64,000 nt of DNA from the human T2T-CHM13v2.0 reference genome, Homo sapiens, in assembly GCF_009914755.1 (NCBI RefSeq), contig NC_060938.1. One strand, 5' to 3'. The first letter of the stretch is position 1, and each line of letters begins with the position of its first letter. The position numbers were made by a program, and so were the translations under genes. The notes under the pieces are model-generated. The model was given only the letters and a program-made list of their open reading frames with translations. It did not search any database and had not been told where the DNA came from. This document shows, one piece after another, positions 26,859 to 39,048 of the stretch.

Positions 26859-29102
26859 GCCTAGATTCCCCACAGTAATGGGAGGGAAATGTGCCTTACT
26901 CTCTGTGTCTACCACATTGGTTGTGCACCCACAGTGCCCCTAGGCCTGGGGATATGCCCTTGTCAACAGAGTGACAGCAAACACTTTACACCTGGAGATG
27001 GGGCCCTGCACACACTGTGGCTTCCCTGTTCTCCCAGAACCTGGGATCCTGCAGATGCCCCCGAGAAGCATCCAGGCTCCCCCTGGGAGGGTCGGCCACA
27101 GCCCAGCCCCACCGAGTTGGCGCAGCCTGCACTGAGCCGCTGACCTGTGGGGAAAGTCACAGCAGACCCACAGCCCAGCCAGCCCCACTCCCAGAGGCAC
27201 ATCAAGGAAGGGGGCAGGACCTGGGGACCCTTGATGGGGATCTTTTCAGGAGCAAACACAGGAACTGATCAGACACAGGTGACCTGGGAAGGTGAGTAGC
27301 TGGTCAGGGTTTCTGAGGACCAGTGTCTGTGATGGGACCTGCCTGTCCCGTCTCATATGAGGTGCCTCTCCTGGGGATCCTGTCCTTGTCTTACTTGTGC
27401 AGGTCCACTCTGTGGGTGACTGACACACCTTTATAAACCTCAAATCTCAGGAACATAAGAGCTGTGCTTAAAAAGTCCCCAGAAAGAAGACACATTCCCA
27501 TCCTGCTGCGATTGAAACAGCTCCACGCTGGGGTTGGGGAGGGCTCATGTATCGCTGATGGGATGCAGAGGATCAGCCACAGGTGAGCTGAGGAAGACTC
27601 AAGGCTACTTTCCAGCACTTCCCCTCAGAGTGAAATTTGTGTGTTTGCCCCAAATCCAGGCTGGTTCTGGGACTTGATTCTTCCAAACTTGCTGCTCTGG
27701 AAAGTGCAGGCCCTGGCTGTCACTGTCACCGCTGCTGGGACACTGTGGACACCAACCAGGGCAGGAGCCTGGGGATGGGGCTGAGGACAGACACTAGCTA
27801 GATGAACCCATTGAAAACTTTGGGATCTGCTGGGGCTCACACTTATGGAAGCACATACACTGGAGGGTTTGGAGGAGGAGGCAGCCTCTGTGAGTGACTC
27901 AGGAGCTGCTGCTGCTCTGTGGGTCACCTCGTTGGCAGGTAGCAGTGGGCAGGTGAGTGTGGTTCAGCCCTACAGGGACACCAGGCTTCCACATGCCCCT
28001 TCTCACCAGGAAGGAGAGTGGCTTTGTTCATCCTGGTTTCCCCAGCCGTCTGGTCATCCTCTCTTCCTGACCTCCTGCCCATGGCCCTTAGGCCTGTGAC
28101 ACATGGACAAAGGCACTTTCTACTCCAACTGTTGATTACCCAGGTCAGCTCCCTCTAGAAAAGCCATGATGTTTTCCTGGTTCTGTGTCCCTGGCTGAAA
28201 CACAATGGACACACATGGACATACCAAAGTGTCAAAGTGGAGGACGGGAACCCTAGAAAATACCACTCAGAAAAGAGAAAGAAATTAGTCCGTGGATAAC
28301 AAGAGGGTGCTGAGCATGTCTGGAGGCTGCAGGTCCCAGAAGCTTTAGATTCCTCAAAGTCCTCAGTTTTGTCTCCTCTGTTGTTTTGGGGCTTCCCTGA
28401 GTTCTCCTCTTCAGATAGACTCTGTGCCTTTTCACACGCTGACCTATAGGAGATCGTTAAGCCAGACAAGAAGCCTCAAACCTGGTATATATTCTGATCT
28501 AAATTTTCAAAAGATAAACTCCAGAGACATTCAAAGAAATGATTATAAAATATCAATATGTAGCAACTGGCTGAGAAAACCTTAAACTCATATTATTTTT
28601 ATGAACCATATACATGCTAAAACTTTGTCCAATTTCTCCACTTTATCAGAGACTGCCTGCAGGATGAATTTTGATGCCACCTAATTTAGAGTAGGGGAAA
28701 ACTTAAAATCCTCTATAGGTCTGAGTGCCACTAACAACAACAACAAAAAGTTTGGACCAGTATGAAATTTTAAGAGACACCACTATCATGGACTGGGCTA
28801 ACAGGTGATGGCATTTGCCCTGAGCATATTCTGTGAAGAGTGGTTACCATGGCTTTTCCTTCTAATGAGCAGAAAGCAACAGAGAATGTACAAAGTGATA
28901 ATAATAATGAAAGAGAAAAAAAGCAGTCCAAATTCTGTAACAAAGCAAAGCACTAGAAACTGACACAAATTAAAAGGAGGTATATTGATTACCTGGCAGA
29001 AAATTCAAAGGAAACCTTATAAATGTGTTCAATGAGCTCAGAGAAGAATGCAAAAACAACACGAGAATTTTATCAGAGACCAAAAATGGAGAGAGATGAG
29101 AT

Positions 29103-29445
29103 ACAATGATGTGTAGCTTAACAGTAGGGATACATCTGAGCAATGTGTCCTTAGGCAATTTGTCATCATGCGAGGATCATAGAGTGTGTTTACGTGAACC
29201 TACGTGAAATACCCTGCTACACCCAGGCTGTGTGGGATAGCATAGTGCTCCTAGATAACAAATCTGTACATCATGTAAGTGTAGTGAATACTGTGGGCAG
29301 TTGAATCACCATGGTAGGTATGTATATATATGAACATATCTAAGTATGGAAGAAATGCAGTGAAAATACAGTATTATAATTTAATGAGATCATTATCGTG
29401 TATGTGGCCTGTTGTTCACCCAAATATCATGATGTGCATGATTCT
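29103..29445. mobile_element. Tigger3a/MER7-like DNA transposon
   Basis: GCTTAAC...GGGATACATCTGAG...TTAGGCAATTTGTCATC...ATCATAGAGTGT...AAAAATACAGTATTATAAT matches the MER7A layout as recalled. Confidence 0.7.
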
Positions 29446-30984
29446 ATTCAAGTTGCTGAAAATAAAACAAAACCAATAAAACTGTCAAGTAAAAATATTA
29501 CACTAATTAAAGCTTTTCTTCAGTAATGTAGGATGTTTCAAACGTTTCTCCAAAAAGCAAAAAGTGGACAAGTGCATCACCACTAGACCTGCCTTACAGG
29601 AATGCCAAGGTCTCTGGTAGGTTCCGGGAAGAATGAAGTAGCTGCATCAGCTCCACTCTGTCATCTGCCATTTGATAGACTTGCATAGTTCTTTTTTTCT
29701 GTTCTGCTTTTTCCCTCTATAAACTCCTTCTCCCTTCCCTTCATAATTCTGTCTGTTAATGCAACTCATATTTAGCTGAAAATGCTGGGGTCATTGGAAT
29801 AAATTCCCATCGTTCCTCCACCAAAGCTAATAAGCTGCCTCCAGGGGTGTCCATCTCCATTTTCTTTTCTTCCATTGCCATGGGGTAGTTTCCTTGATCC
29901 TACATGAGTCCAGCCCTCCTCTTCATGTACATGGGCCATTGAACCATCACGCACCCGGGAACAGCTTCAGGAAATGTACCCTGCCAGCTTCTCCATCAGC
30001 CTCCACCTACAGTGATCATTCCTTCAGCTTTCACTCATGCTGGAGGGCTTCCCACACAAAAGGGCCTTTCACACCCACTCCCAGTACAGTTCTGGGACCC
30101 AGTCTACCTCCCAGATACAGGTACATATCCTTCCCCTTTGTTGTTAGTTTTGTTTCATTTATTTAAAATTCACTTGGATATCACCGATGATGGGAATGAC
30201 CAGCGTGCCCACCCCATTTTCTGTTCACCGCCTGAAAAAGCCACCTGTGAGGGTAATCACCCTAGTGTGCTGCACTGAGGGGCCACCTGGATATACACTG
30301 ACATGAGATGTATGAGTTATTAGAGGAGGCCCTGGGTCACCAAGTGTCTGTGCTCTACAGGACACAGGTCTGTCCTGCAGAAGAGCCTGCATGACCTGAA
30401 ATCATACGTGTGCATAACCAGTGGTCTCAGCAGGGCACCTGAGACCAGCTTCAGGCAATTCCTGTGTAACCTGCCCTGGGTGCCTGCAGAGGACAGGTGC
30501 ATGACAAGGATGTAAGGGAATGATGTGGGTTAGGGGAATTGAAGCTCACTCTTTACTGAGGCTCTACTCGGCACCTGGACCTTATGGAAGACTAAGAACA
30601 GAATGAGTCCAGCCCCAAATAGCTCCTAGTTTAGGGTCAGCTTTAGTGGGATTTTAGAGAGTACAAGACACAGGGTGATGCTGGAGTGGTTTTCTGTGAC
30701 CGTGTGTCACTTGGGGGGAAGCAGAAGGTGGGCAGGGATCAGGACTCCATCTGGCTGGTTCTCATTATCTACATGGATTCTCATAGTGGAAAGTGAGATA
30801 CACGACCTAGAACATACCCCCAGGGCTGATCTCAGAGACTGCTGCTAAGTGAATGGCTCAGCAGAAATGTGGTGGGGTTTTCATCTTGGATCTATTTTTC
30901 TTTATGAAAATAATTTGAGAGATGTGTCCAGCCTCGGTGGGCTGCTACTCCATGCAGGAGACGGAGCTAACACAATTGAATCTC

Positions 30985-31370
30985 TGAATCTACTTGGCTT
31001 TCCATGAGAAGATACCACAGACTAGGCTATTTCAAATAACAAATATTAATTTTCTTATTGTTCTGGAGTCTTGACGTCCAAGATCTGGGTGCAGAAAGGG
31101 TAAGTTTTTTGAGAGGCCTCTTCCAGGCTTGCAAAGGGCCACCTTCTCATGCAGCGCATCCCCACATGGACTCTCCTCTGTGTGCATGTGGAGAGAGAGG
31201 CCTCTGATGTCTTCCACTTCTCATAAGGACAAGAGTCCTACTGGATTAGGGTCCCACATTTATGGCCACAGTTAACTTATTTGCCCTCTTAAAATCCCTC
31301 TGTCCAATACAGAGCCACTGGGATTGGGGTTTCATCACATGAATTTAAGAGAAAGACACGATGCAGTAGA
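30985..31370. mobile_element. MLT1-type LTR (paralog at ~55975-56350)
   Basis: TTGTTCTGGAGTC...GTCCAAGATC...CTTCTCATAAGGAC...GGATTAGGGTCCCAC. Confidence 0.65.
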
Positions 31371-31699
31371 TGACGCCAATCAAGGGATAGTGAGAAGCCT
31401 TAGAATATTTTGCTTGTCAAGAAGGTAAAATGGGCCTTGTGGGAATTTGTTGAAAAAAGGGTGCCAGTGACTGTTAAAACCTGCAGCAAGGATGTGAGGA
31501 AGTAGAACCACAGATAATAAAGAAAGAGGAGTCCTGGGGACAGCTGAGGTGCTGGGGAGGAGGGAGAGCACTGAGCTGATGAGGAAGCCCCGCCCTCCCT
31601 GCACCTGCTCCTGACCCGGCCTCCTGCTCTGTGGGCCCCGCGCGCCCCCTGCTCGTCCTGAGCAGCACCTGCGCCGGCTCCTCCGCCTCCCTGCAGGGA

Positions 31700-31738
31700 G
31701 GTTTGTGTCTGGGCTCACACTCACCTCCCCTCACTGTG
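31700..31738 (-). other. 23-RSS of IGHV4-28
   Basis: CACAGTG + 23 + ACACAAACC. Confidence 0.96.
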
Positions 31739-32173
31739 TTTCTCGCACAGTAATACACGGCCGTGTCCACGGCGGTCACAGAGCTCAGCTTCAGGGAGAA
31801 CTGGTTCTTGGACGTGTCTACTGACATGGTGACTCGACTCTTGAGGGACGGGTTGTAGTAGGTGCTCCCACTATAATAGATGTACCCAATCCACTCCAGT
31901 CCCTTCCCTGGGGGCTGCCGGATCCAGCCCCACCAGTTACTACTGCTGATGGAGTAACCAGAGACAGCGCAGGTGAGGGACAGGGTGTCCGAAGGCTTCA
32001 CCAGTCCTGGGCCCGACTCCTGCAGCTGTACCTGGGACAGGACCCCTGTGAACAGAGAGACCCACAGTGAGCCCTGGGCTCAGAGGCACCTCCCATATCT
32101 CCATGTCTGCAGCCTTGAGACACTCACATCTGGGAGCTGCCACCAGCAGGAGGAAGAACCACAGGTGTTTCAT
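31739..32173 (-). CDS. IGHV4-28: Functional VH segment IGHV4-28 (leader 32128-32173, V exon 31739-32045); *07-like by recall
   Basis: Leader [16 protein letters not shown] region ...[60 protein letters not shown]...[11 protein letters not shown]. Starts CAGGTACAG. Confidence 0.96.
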
Positions 32174-32277
32174 GTTCTTGCACAGGAGGTCCAGGACTCT
32201 CAGAAAGTATTTCCCATGTGAGCAGGACCCTGAATTTAAGGAAATGTGTGATGGTTTCCCTTGGGTGCCTAAGTGAG

Positions 32278-32285
32278 ATTTGCAT
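32278..32285 (-). promoter_or_regulatory. Octamer of IGHV4-28
   Basis: ATGCAAAT; TATA-like CTTAAAT near 32234-32240. Confidence 0.9.
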
Positions 32286-34363
32286 GTGGGTGGTGCCTCT
32301 GTATGGAGAGGTGAAAAGGGATGAGGGAGGCCCCAGTCTTTTAGGCTCTCCCTGGAAGGAGGATGCTGGTTGTGCCCTCTGAGAATTCAGTTATCTTCCT
32401 GGGGCCTCAACTCACTATGTCCTGGCTCCTCTTTTCCCAGGTGAGGAAACAGATTGCAACAGCAGCTTAATGTAACAATCATGTGAGTTCAGACACACCA
32501 GGATTCACTTAACGTTATTTGTAGTTCAGAACCTCTATCAGGTTTAGAGGGAATCGCTCTGTGCCAGGGAGTGGGTCTTAAATAGCAAAACGGCCTCAGA
32601 AAACCCAACATAATCTATAGCGAGACCTCAGCATGGCAAGCAAGGAATCCCTAAAGCCACCAGGGAGCTCCGGATGCACTGATACGGCCCAGACACATGG
32701 CGAGTCCAGGAACTGATGGGGACTTTGGGGGAGCCTCTTTTATTATTTTTTAGGATTCTGTGGTTGAAGGTCACAACACTGGGCCTGACTGCTTCCTGAA
32801 CCAAGCCCAGCACAATATGGTTCACCCCAGTGACATTTTCAGATCTTTCTTCCTGTAATGAAAGCACGGTGTGATGTGTATGCACTATTGTGTTTACCTA
32901 ATGAATGTAAAGAGAAGCACATTTCATGCAGCTGTATTTTCATAAATGTCAGTCATTCATCATGTTAGTGTCTATTTTTCCATAAATCTGTACAGAACAA
33001 ATTATTCATTCATTGATTTGTAATAGTCTTATTGAGACATTATTACTATACATTAAATATTGCAAAAAGTGTGCGGTTTAATAAGTACTCAAGCCAAGCC
33101 TGCTGGCAAACAACGGTAGTTCCAGCTACTTAGATGGCAGATGCAGGAGTATTGTTGGAGACCAGAAGTTGGAGGCTACATTGAACTATGATCCCACCAC
33201 TACACTCCAGCCTGGGTCGCAGAGTAGGACCACATCTCTTCAGAAAAAAACAAACAAACAAACAAAACAAAATGTTATTCCACTCGTGCTCACCTGTGCA
33301 TCCCCAAAAGCCATCCAAATAATGAATAAACAAATTACACTTAAAAGTTTCCTTGTGTTCCTCTACAATTCCTCCTTCCCAATTATTTTCTTCCTCCACC
33401 ATATTCTGAGTCAGTCCTTCACATTTAATACCTTAGTTTTGAGTTTCAAGAATTTATTATACAGGAATTACATAGTATGTGTTTTATTTGTGTGGCTTCT
33501 CGCACATAACTACTTATGATGCACACATGTTGAGCATCAACAATGTATTGATTCTAATGATGGATGTTATTACCATAAATTAGCATGCCATTACTGTTTA
33601 TCTATGTATCTTCTTGATATTTGTACCATTTCTAGTTGCTTAGTATTACACAGAGGTGCTTCTCAGCTTGGAGATGTAAGCACCCCATAAAAATATGTTA
33701 CTATTCTTATAACAAATACTAAACTTACTGATCTGCAAATTAGCATATATACATCAAATATTTGATGTTATAGGACAAACAATATATCTGAAATCTGAAC
33801 AGACATAAAGACTTGCAGGGAAATAAACAGGAGCAGATGATAATCTTTTCTGGGACAGAGGCTGCCAAATGCCATTTAAGTTAGCACACGATTAAAGTAG
33901 ACATATTCATTGGGTGGTTTCAATTTGAGTGTGATAGAGAAGTTATTGTTTAAATTCTCAGAGTGTATGCAGTTGAGGAATTCCTCCTGCTATTGAAGGC
34001 TTTTTCTTCAGTACTGGGGATACATCACAAAATGCTCCAGCCTCTACCCCTTGGGATGGTGCTGTCTGGGAAAGCAAAACAGCAACTACAGCTGAAATGC
34101 ATCCAGACACACCTCCCCATCACCACTACATTGCAAGAGAAATTATCTGCAGAGGTAAAGCCATCAAAACCACTGTTCTACAGACACTGGAGAAACCAAT
34201 AAGAACTGGGAGGGGAGAGAGGAATGCACCAAGTCCCTGTCCAGGCCCACCTCCCATCTTCCCTCAGGAGTAACAGCCTTATTCAAAAGGAAAAGGCAGA
34301 AACTGAAGAAATCAGTGGGAAGACATAGTGGCTGCTGAAGGAATATATGAATAAAAACGAAGA

Positions 34364-34709
<346 letters not shown>

Positions 34710-36916
34710 CTACTTGCTAGTCAGGAGGTTGAGGTGGGAGGATTCTATGAGCCAGGAATTTAAAATCACCGTGAGCTATGTTATGATCACACCACTGCAG
34801 TCCAACCTGCACAAGAGAGTGAGACTCCGTCTCAAAAAAAAATTAATTAATTAAGAATTTTACACAATTGTAAAGCTACTCAAATAGAGGAAGTTAAACT
34901 GCGCATCCTCACATATCATCAGGCACTTCTGATATTTTGAAGAAGACAGGTGACCTAAGACCTTCAGAATAAGCTGATGATCTCAAATCATGAGAAGCTT
35001 CCACACAAGACATTGGACCAGAATCCTCCTCCATATCCTACTCATTATTCTTTGCTTATAAACAGTCTTCTCATTTTCTGCAGACCTGGCTGTTGTCCAC
35101 CCATATTGGAGTCTTGTCTCTTTTCTTACTCATCATTTGTATACTTGCTATTTAGAGTAAGTCATCAGACTCTGTGTTTAGGCCTGACTGCTGATAACTT
35201 CAGGCTCATTCCTCCATCATCTCTTTTTTTAAGCATACAAGGTAAATCTAGTTAGAAATCACAGGAGCTCCCTCATTTGATGCCAATTTGGCCTTGAAAC
35301 CCCACAAAACCCTTCCTGCAAGTAGGATGCTCTGCCCCGCTCCCCACCAAACCATGATAACAACCCTGAGCCAGTCTCCTTCCCTGCCCTATCAAGCCAC
35401 TTTGGACCTTAATGAGAGACCTGCCCTGCTCTCAGCAGACACCTTAAGGATGCAGGTAACTATCCTTTCCATACTCACTTGGTGTGAGTGTGTGGCATAA
35501 TCACACTCAACATCCACAGAAAATTTTAGTCGAGATCTCTTGGCATTGGCATGGTGTCGGCTACAATGGATGCTGGGAGCTTGGTGTCATGACTCCTTCC
35601 AAAGGACATGCCTGCTCCCTGAGTTAACTCCCAGACGCAGTTGGACAGGCCTCCTGGGGTCTGAGAAGCTCCTTTCATGTACTGAAATCCTGTCATTATG
35701 TTTTTGTATTCTAGTGTCTCCCTAAAAGTACAGTGAGACCCAGGGTCCATTCATGTGTGTATTCAGGACTCTCTGATTTTTATGTATTTTATTCATCTCT
35801 CTCTACTACCTTTTCTACCAAACTAGACATTTAAAAAATTGCAATATTTTAATGAGGTTAAATTAGCAAATAAGAATCTTTACATAAAGTGTACAATTTT
35901 ACAAATATTGACATAATCCTCACTTTTACTAACAGAGAAAAAAATCAATTATCCTAGAAATTTCCTTTTGTTCTCCTGTAGTTTCTCCTTTCTATACCTT
36001 CTCTTCTTGTACCATGTCCCCAGTCAACTACAGATCTTTTTATGTAACTTTAAGTTCATTTTTACTTTATAGAAATTATAGAAGTGGAATCGTATGTATG
36101 CACTTTTATTTGTCTGACTTATTTTACTTATTCAAGTACTTGCTATTTTAAGCATGGTGTTGGGTGTATCCAGCATTACTTGATTGTAGCAGTGGGTATG
36201 ATTCCAGTAAGTGAATTTTCCACAATTTGTTTACCAGTTAAGCTGCTGAATAACAGTTGGATCGCTTTTGGTCTCTGGGTATAATAAACAAAGATGCTAC
36301 TTAGCTTAGAGAAGTGACAAGCTGAGAAAAACATGGTTCTTATTTTTACATAACATGAATAGCAGGCAAAGCAGAAAAGCTGCACACTAATCAATTTGCT
36401 TCAATACATCACATAATTAAAGTTGGGAAGCTCTGTGTGTGTGTCAGTTCACGTGTTTTTGTGTGACAGAAGAGAGAAGGCAGGAGGAGAGACCATGCCA
36501 AAAGGAGACCCTACCTGTTTTGACCATAATGTGTGAGGTACTCAAGTAAATACAGGGACTTAGTGCTTGATGGACAAGGTCCACATAAGATGGAGAAGAC
36601 AACTGGATGCACCTCCATATGGGTACATATTAGTATTTACATAAATGCCATTTTCTAATCATATCAACACTCAGACACATTAGAAGAGATGTAGTGGAGG
36701 GTGTCTGGTGGTGAAATATGATGGTGAGAACAACCCACATCTACAGCCCCTTTTCTGCCCTGTTGCACTTGCCCTGATGCGAAGCCTTGATCCTGCTCAT
36801 CCTGACCCCTAACAATCATCCTAAGCCCCCATACTGCCCCGAATGCCCCCTGCTGCTCCTATTCACCCCTGCAGGGAGGGTTGTGTCTAGGCTCACAATG
36901 AAGGCCCTTCATTGCG

Positions 36917-37215
36917 TCTTTTGCTTAAAAATGCGTAGTTGTGTGTTCACTGGGCACAGAGCTCAGCTGTAAGAACTGTTTCTTGGATCTGGATATGGAC
37001 TCTTGAGCAGTGGGTTGTAATTTGTGCTCCCTTCACAACCCATGCACCTGATCCACTCCTGTCCATCTTCTAGGGGCAAGCAGATACAATTCTAGCAGGA
37101 AACACTGGTTATGATGGGGAATCCAGAGACAGTGCAGGTGAGGGAGAGGGTCTGCAAGGACGTCTCAAGCCAGAAGTGTGCTGAGAAACATAGTTGTTGA
37201 TGTTAACAGGTTCTG
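36917..37215 (-). pseudogene. IGHVII-28-1: Clan II VH pseudogene, likely IGHV(II)-28-1
   Basis: CCCTCTCCCTCACCTGCACTGTCTCTGGATTCCCCATC...CAGTTCTTACAGCTGAGCTCTGTG. Defective RSS CGCAATG + 23 + ACACAACCC (36878-36916). 5' limit approximate. Confidence 0.8.
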
Positions 37216-38590
37216 GGCAACACAGTGAAATTCCCAAAACCACACATTTTTATGAGAATAAAGAGCTCACTTTGTCCAATTTGTGAGTCTCCTAGAACAA
37301 TTCAGTAGATTTCGAGGTTAGGTTAAAAAGTATTATCACATGTTCCTTTCCTCAAACTTGCAACCAAATAAAAAAGAGAAACTGCCGTTAGAAAAATGAA
37401 CCTTGAATTGTTACCATGGTGTGTGATAACGATGATTTTTAGAATATGATTGACCTGTGATAACCTGAAGACTGTCCTAATTCCGAGCCACAATTAGACC
37501 TGAGCAGCAATCACAGGGAGTGAAACACCTGACTCAGTGAAGCTGCACCTGGGGGTCTCCGCAGGCCCTGAGTGGTACAGGAACAGCTCCTCCCTCAGAC
37601 TCAGTCTAAGGAGAACTTCTGCTCTTTATCTGGGGAGGTGAGGGTGAGTGCGTGGAAAGTACCAAACTTGCTCTAATCAAGATCTCTGCACATGGGGAGA
37701 ACCAAAGTATACGAGAAACAACTGGTTTCAGTTTAGATCGAACAGTTTCTCATGAGAAGGGCAGTACCATGTCTGGATCCTGCACAGAATTCAGAAACAA
37801 TGAACTTGGGGTAAAGTTGAAAATTATAATTGTTTGCAGATTGTGTTATTAATTATCTATGTCATCTGAGAAAATGAATTAAATCACATGGTTTTCATAT
37901 AAAAATTGACAAAGCGTGCTGGCCCTGAGAATGCACCTCAAATCCCTCCAATATCCAGGAGCCCAATAGACCAGGCAGCCAGCTGCTGCACTGCACTCTA
38001 ACACCCATCAACTGTGTGTGCCAAAGACACCCATCCTGGGAGCTCCTCCCAGACAATGGCTGTGCACAGTGGAGAGATTGAGGCATGGCTGCTGCTGGGA
38101 CACATGGGAGATCCCTGATGGACAACTGTGCTCAGCGAGGCACCAATGGCCTTGCTGGACTTAGCTTGGACCACGGGGTCATCAGGGAAGCTCCATCAAA
38201 CTCCCACCCTTCTCCAGCACTAGTTGTGGGTCTGGCATTGGGGGTGGCAGTGTCTACAGACACACCCGGCTCCTATGCATTTTTATGCCTCCAATACTTA
38301 CATCTGTTTTTAGGACATATGAGAATATTTCCTCTTTCAAATTAGTTTTCTAATCCAGCGACCTCATGGTGGGCACAAAATATAAATGTACAGAGGCTCA
38401 GAGGGGAAATATTAGAAGCAGAGGAAACCACAGATCCTGAAGGAAAGCAGCCCTTACCCTCCCTCCATCTGCACCTGCCTTGGGGCTGCACCTGTTTTGT
38501 GAGTGCTGAGTGTCCCCTTTGGCCCAGACTCCTTTCTTCTTTTTGCAGGAAATTTTGTGTCTGGACTCACACCGATGTTTCCTCACTTGG

Positions 38591-39048
38591 AACCTTATGT
38601 ACAGCCATACACAGCCATGTCCTCAGTTCTCTGACTGTTCATTTGCAGATACAGAGAGTTCTTAGCATTGTCTTTGGAGATGGAGAATCTGCCCTTCACA
38701 GAGTCTGCATGATGTATCTGACTTCCATCATCTTTTATATCTATTACTCACTCCAGCCCCTTGCCTGCAGACTGGTGAACTGGGCTCATTCAGAAGCTAC
38801 TGAAGGCGAATCTAGAGGCTACACAGGAGAGTCTCAGGAACTTCCCAGGTTGTCTCAGGTCCTCTGTGGGCTCTATCAGCTCCACCTCACACTGAACACC
38901 TGAAAATACAAACAAATCCTGGTCAGAAACTGGCAAACATATCCACTGTTTCTCTCACTCATATCCACTCACTCTCACTCACTCTAGTTCCCTATGAGTT
39001 ACCTTTTAAAATACCAACAAGAAAAATTCAGCTTAATTCACACCCCAT
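38591..39048 (-). pseudogene. IGHV3-29: IGHV3-29 pseudogene
   Basis: GAGGTGGAGCTGATAGAGCCCACAGAGGAC from 38888. Stops in the leader and V region. RSS CCAAGTG + 23 + ACACAAAAT (38552-38590). Octamer lost. Confidence 0.85.

Noticed and set aside
30330-30500. Possible V-exon 5' relic (CTGCAG|GCACCCAGGGCAGGTTACACAGGAA on the minus strand; paralog near 55000-55130)
   Set aside because: Similarity is too weak by eye, with no FR2, FR3 or RSS trace. A profile search would be needed
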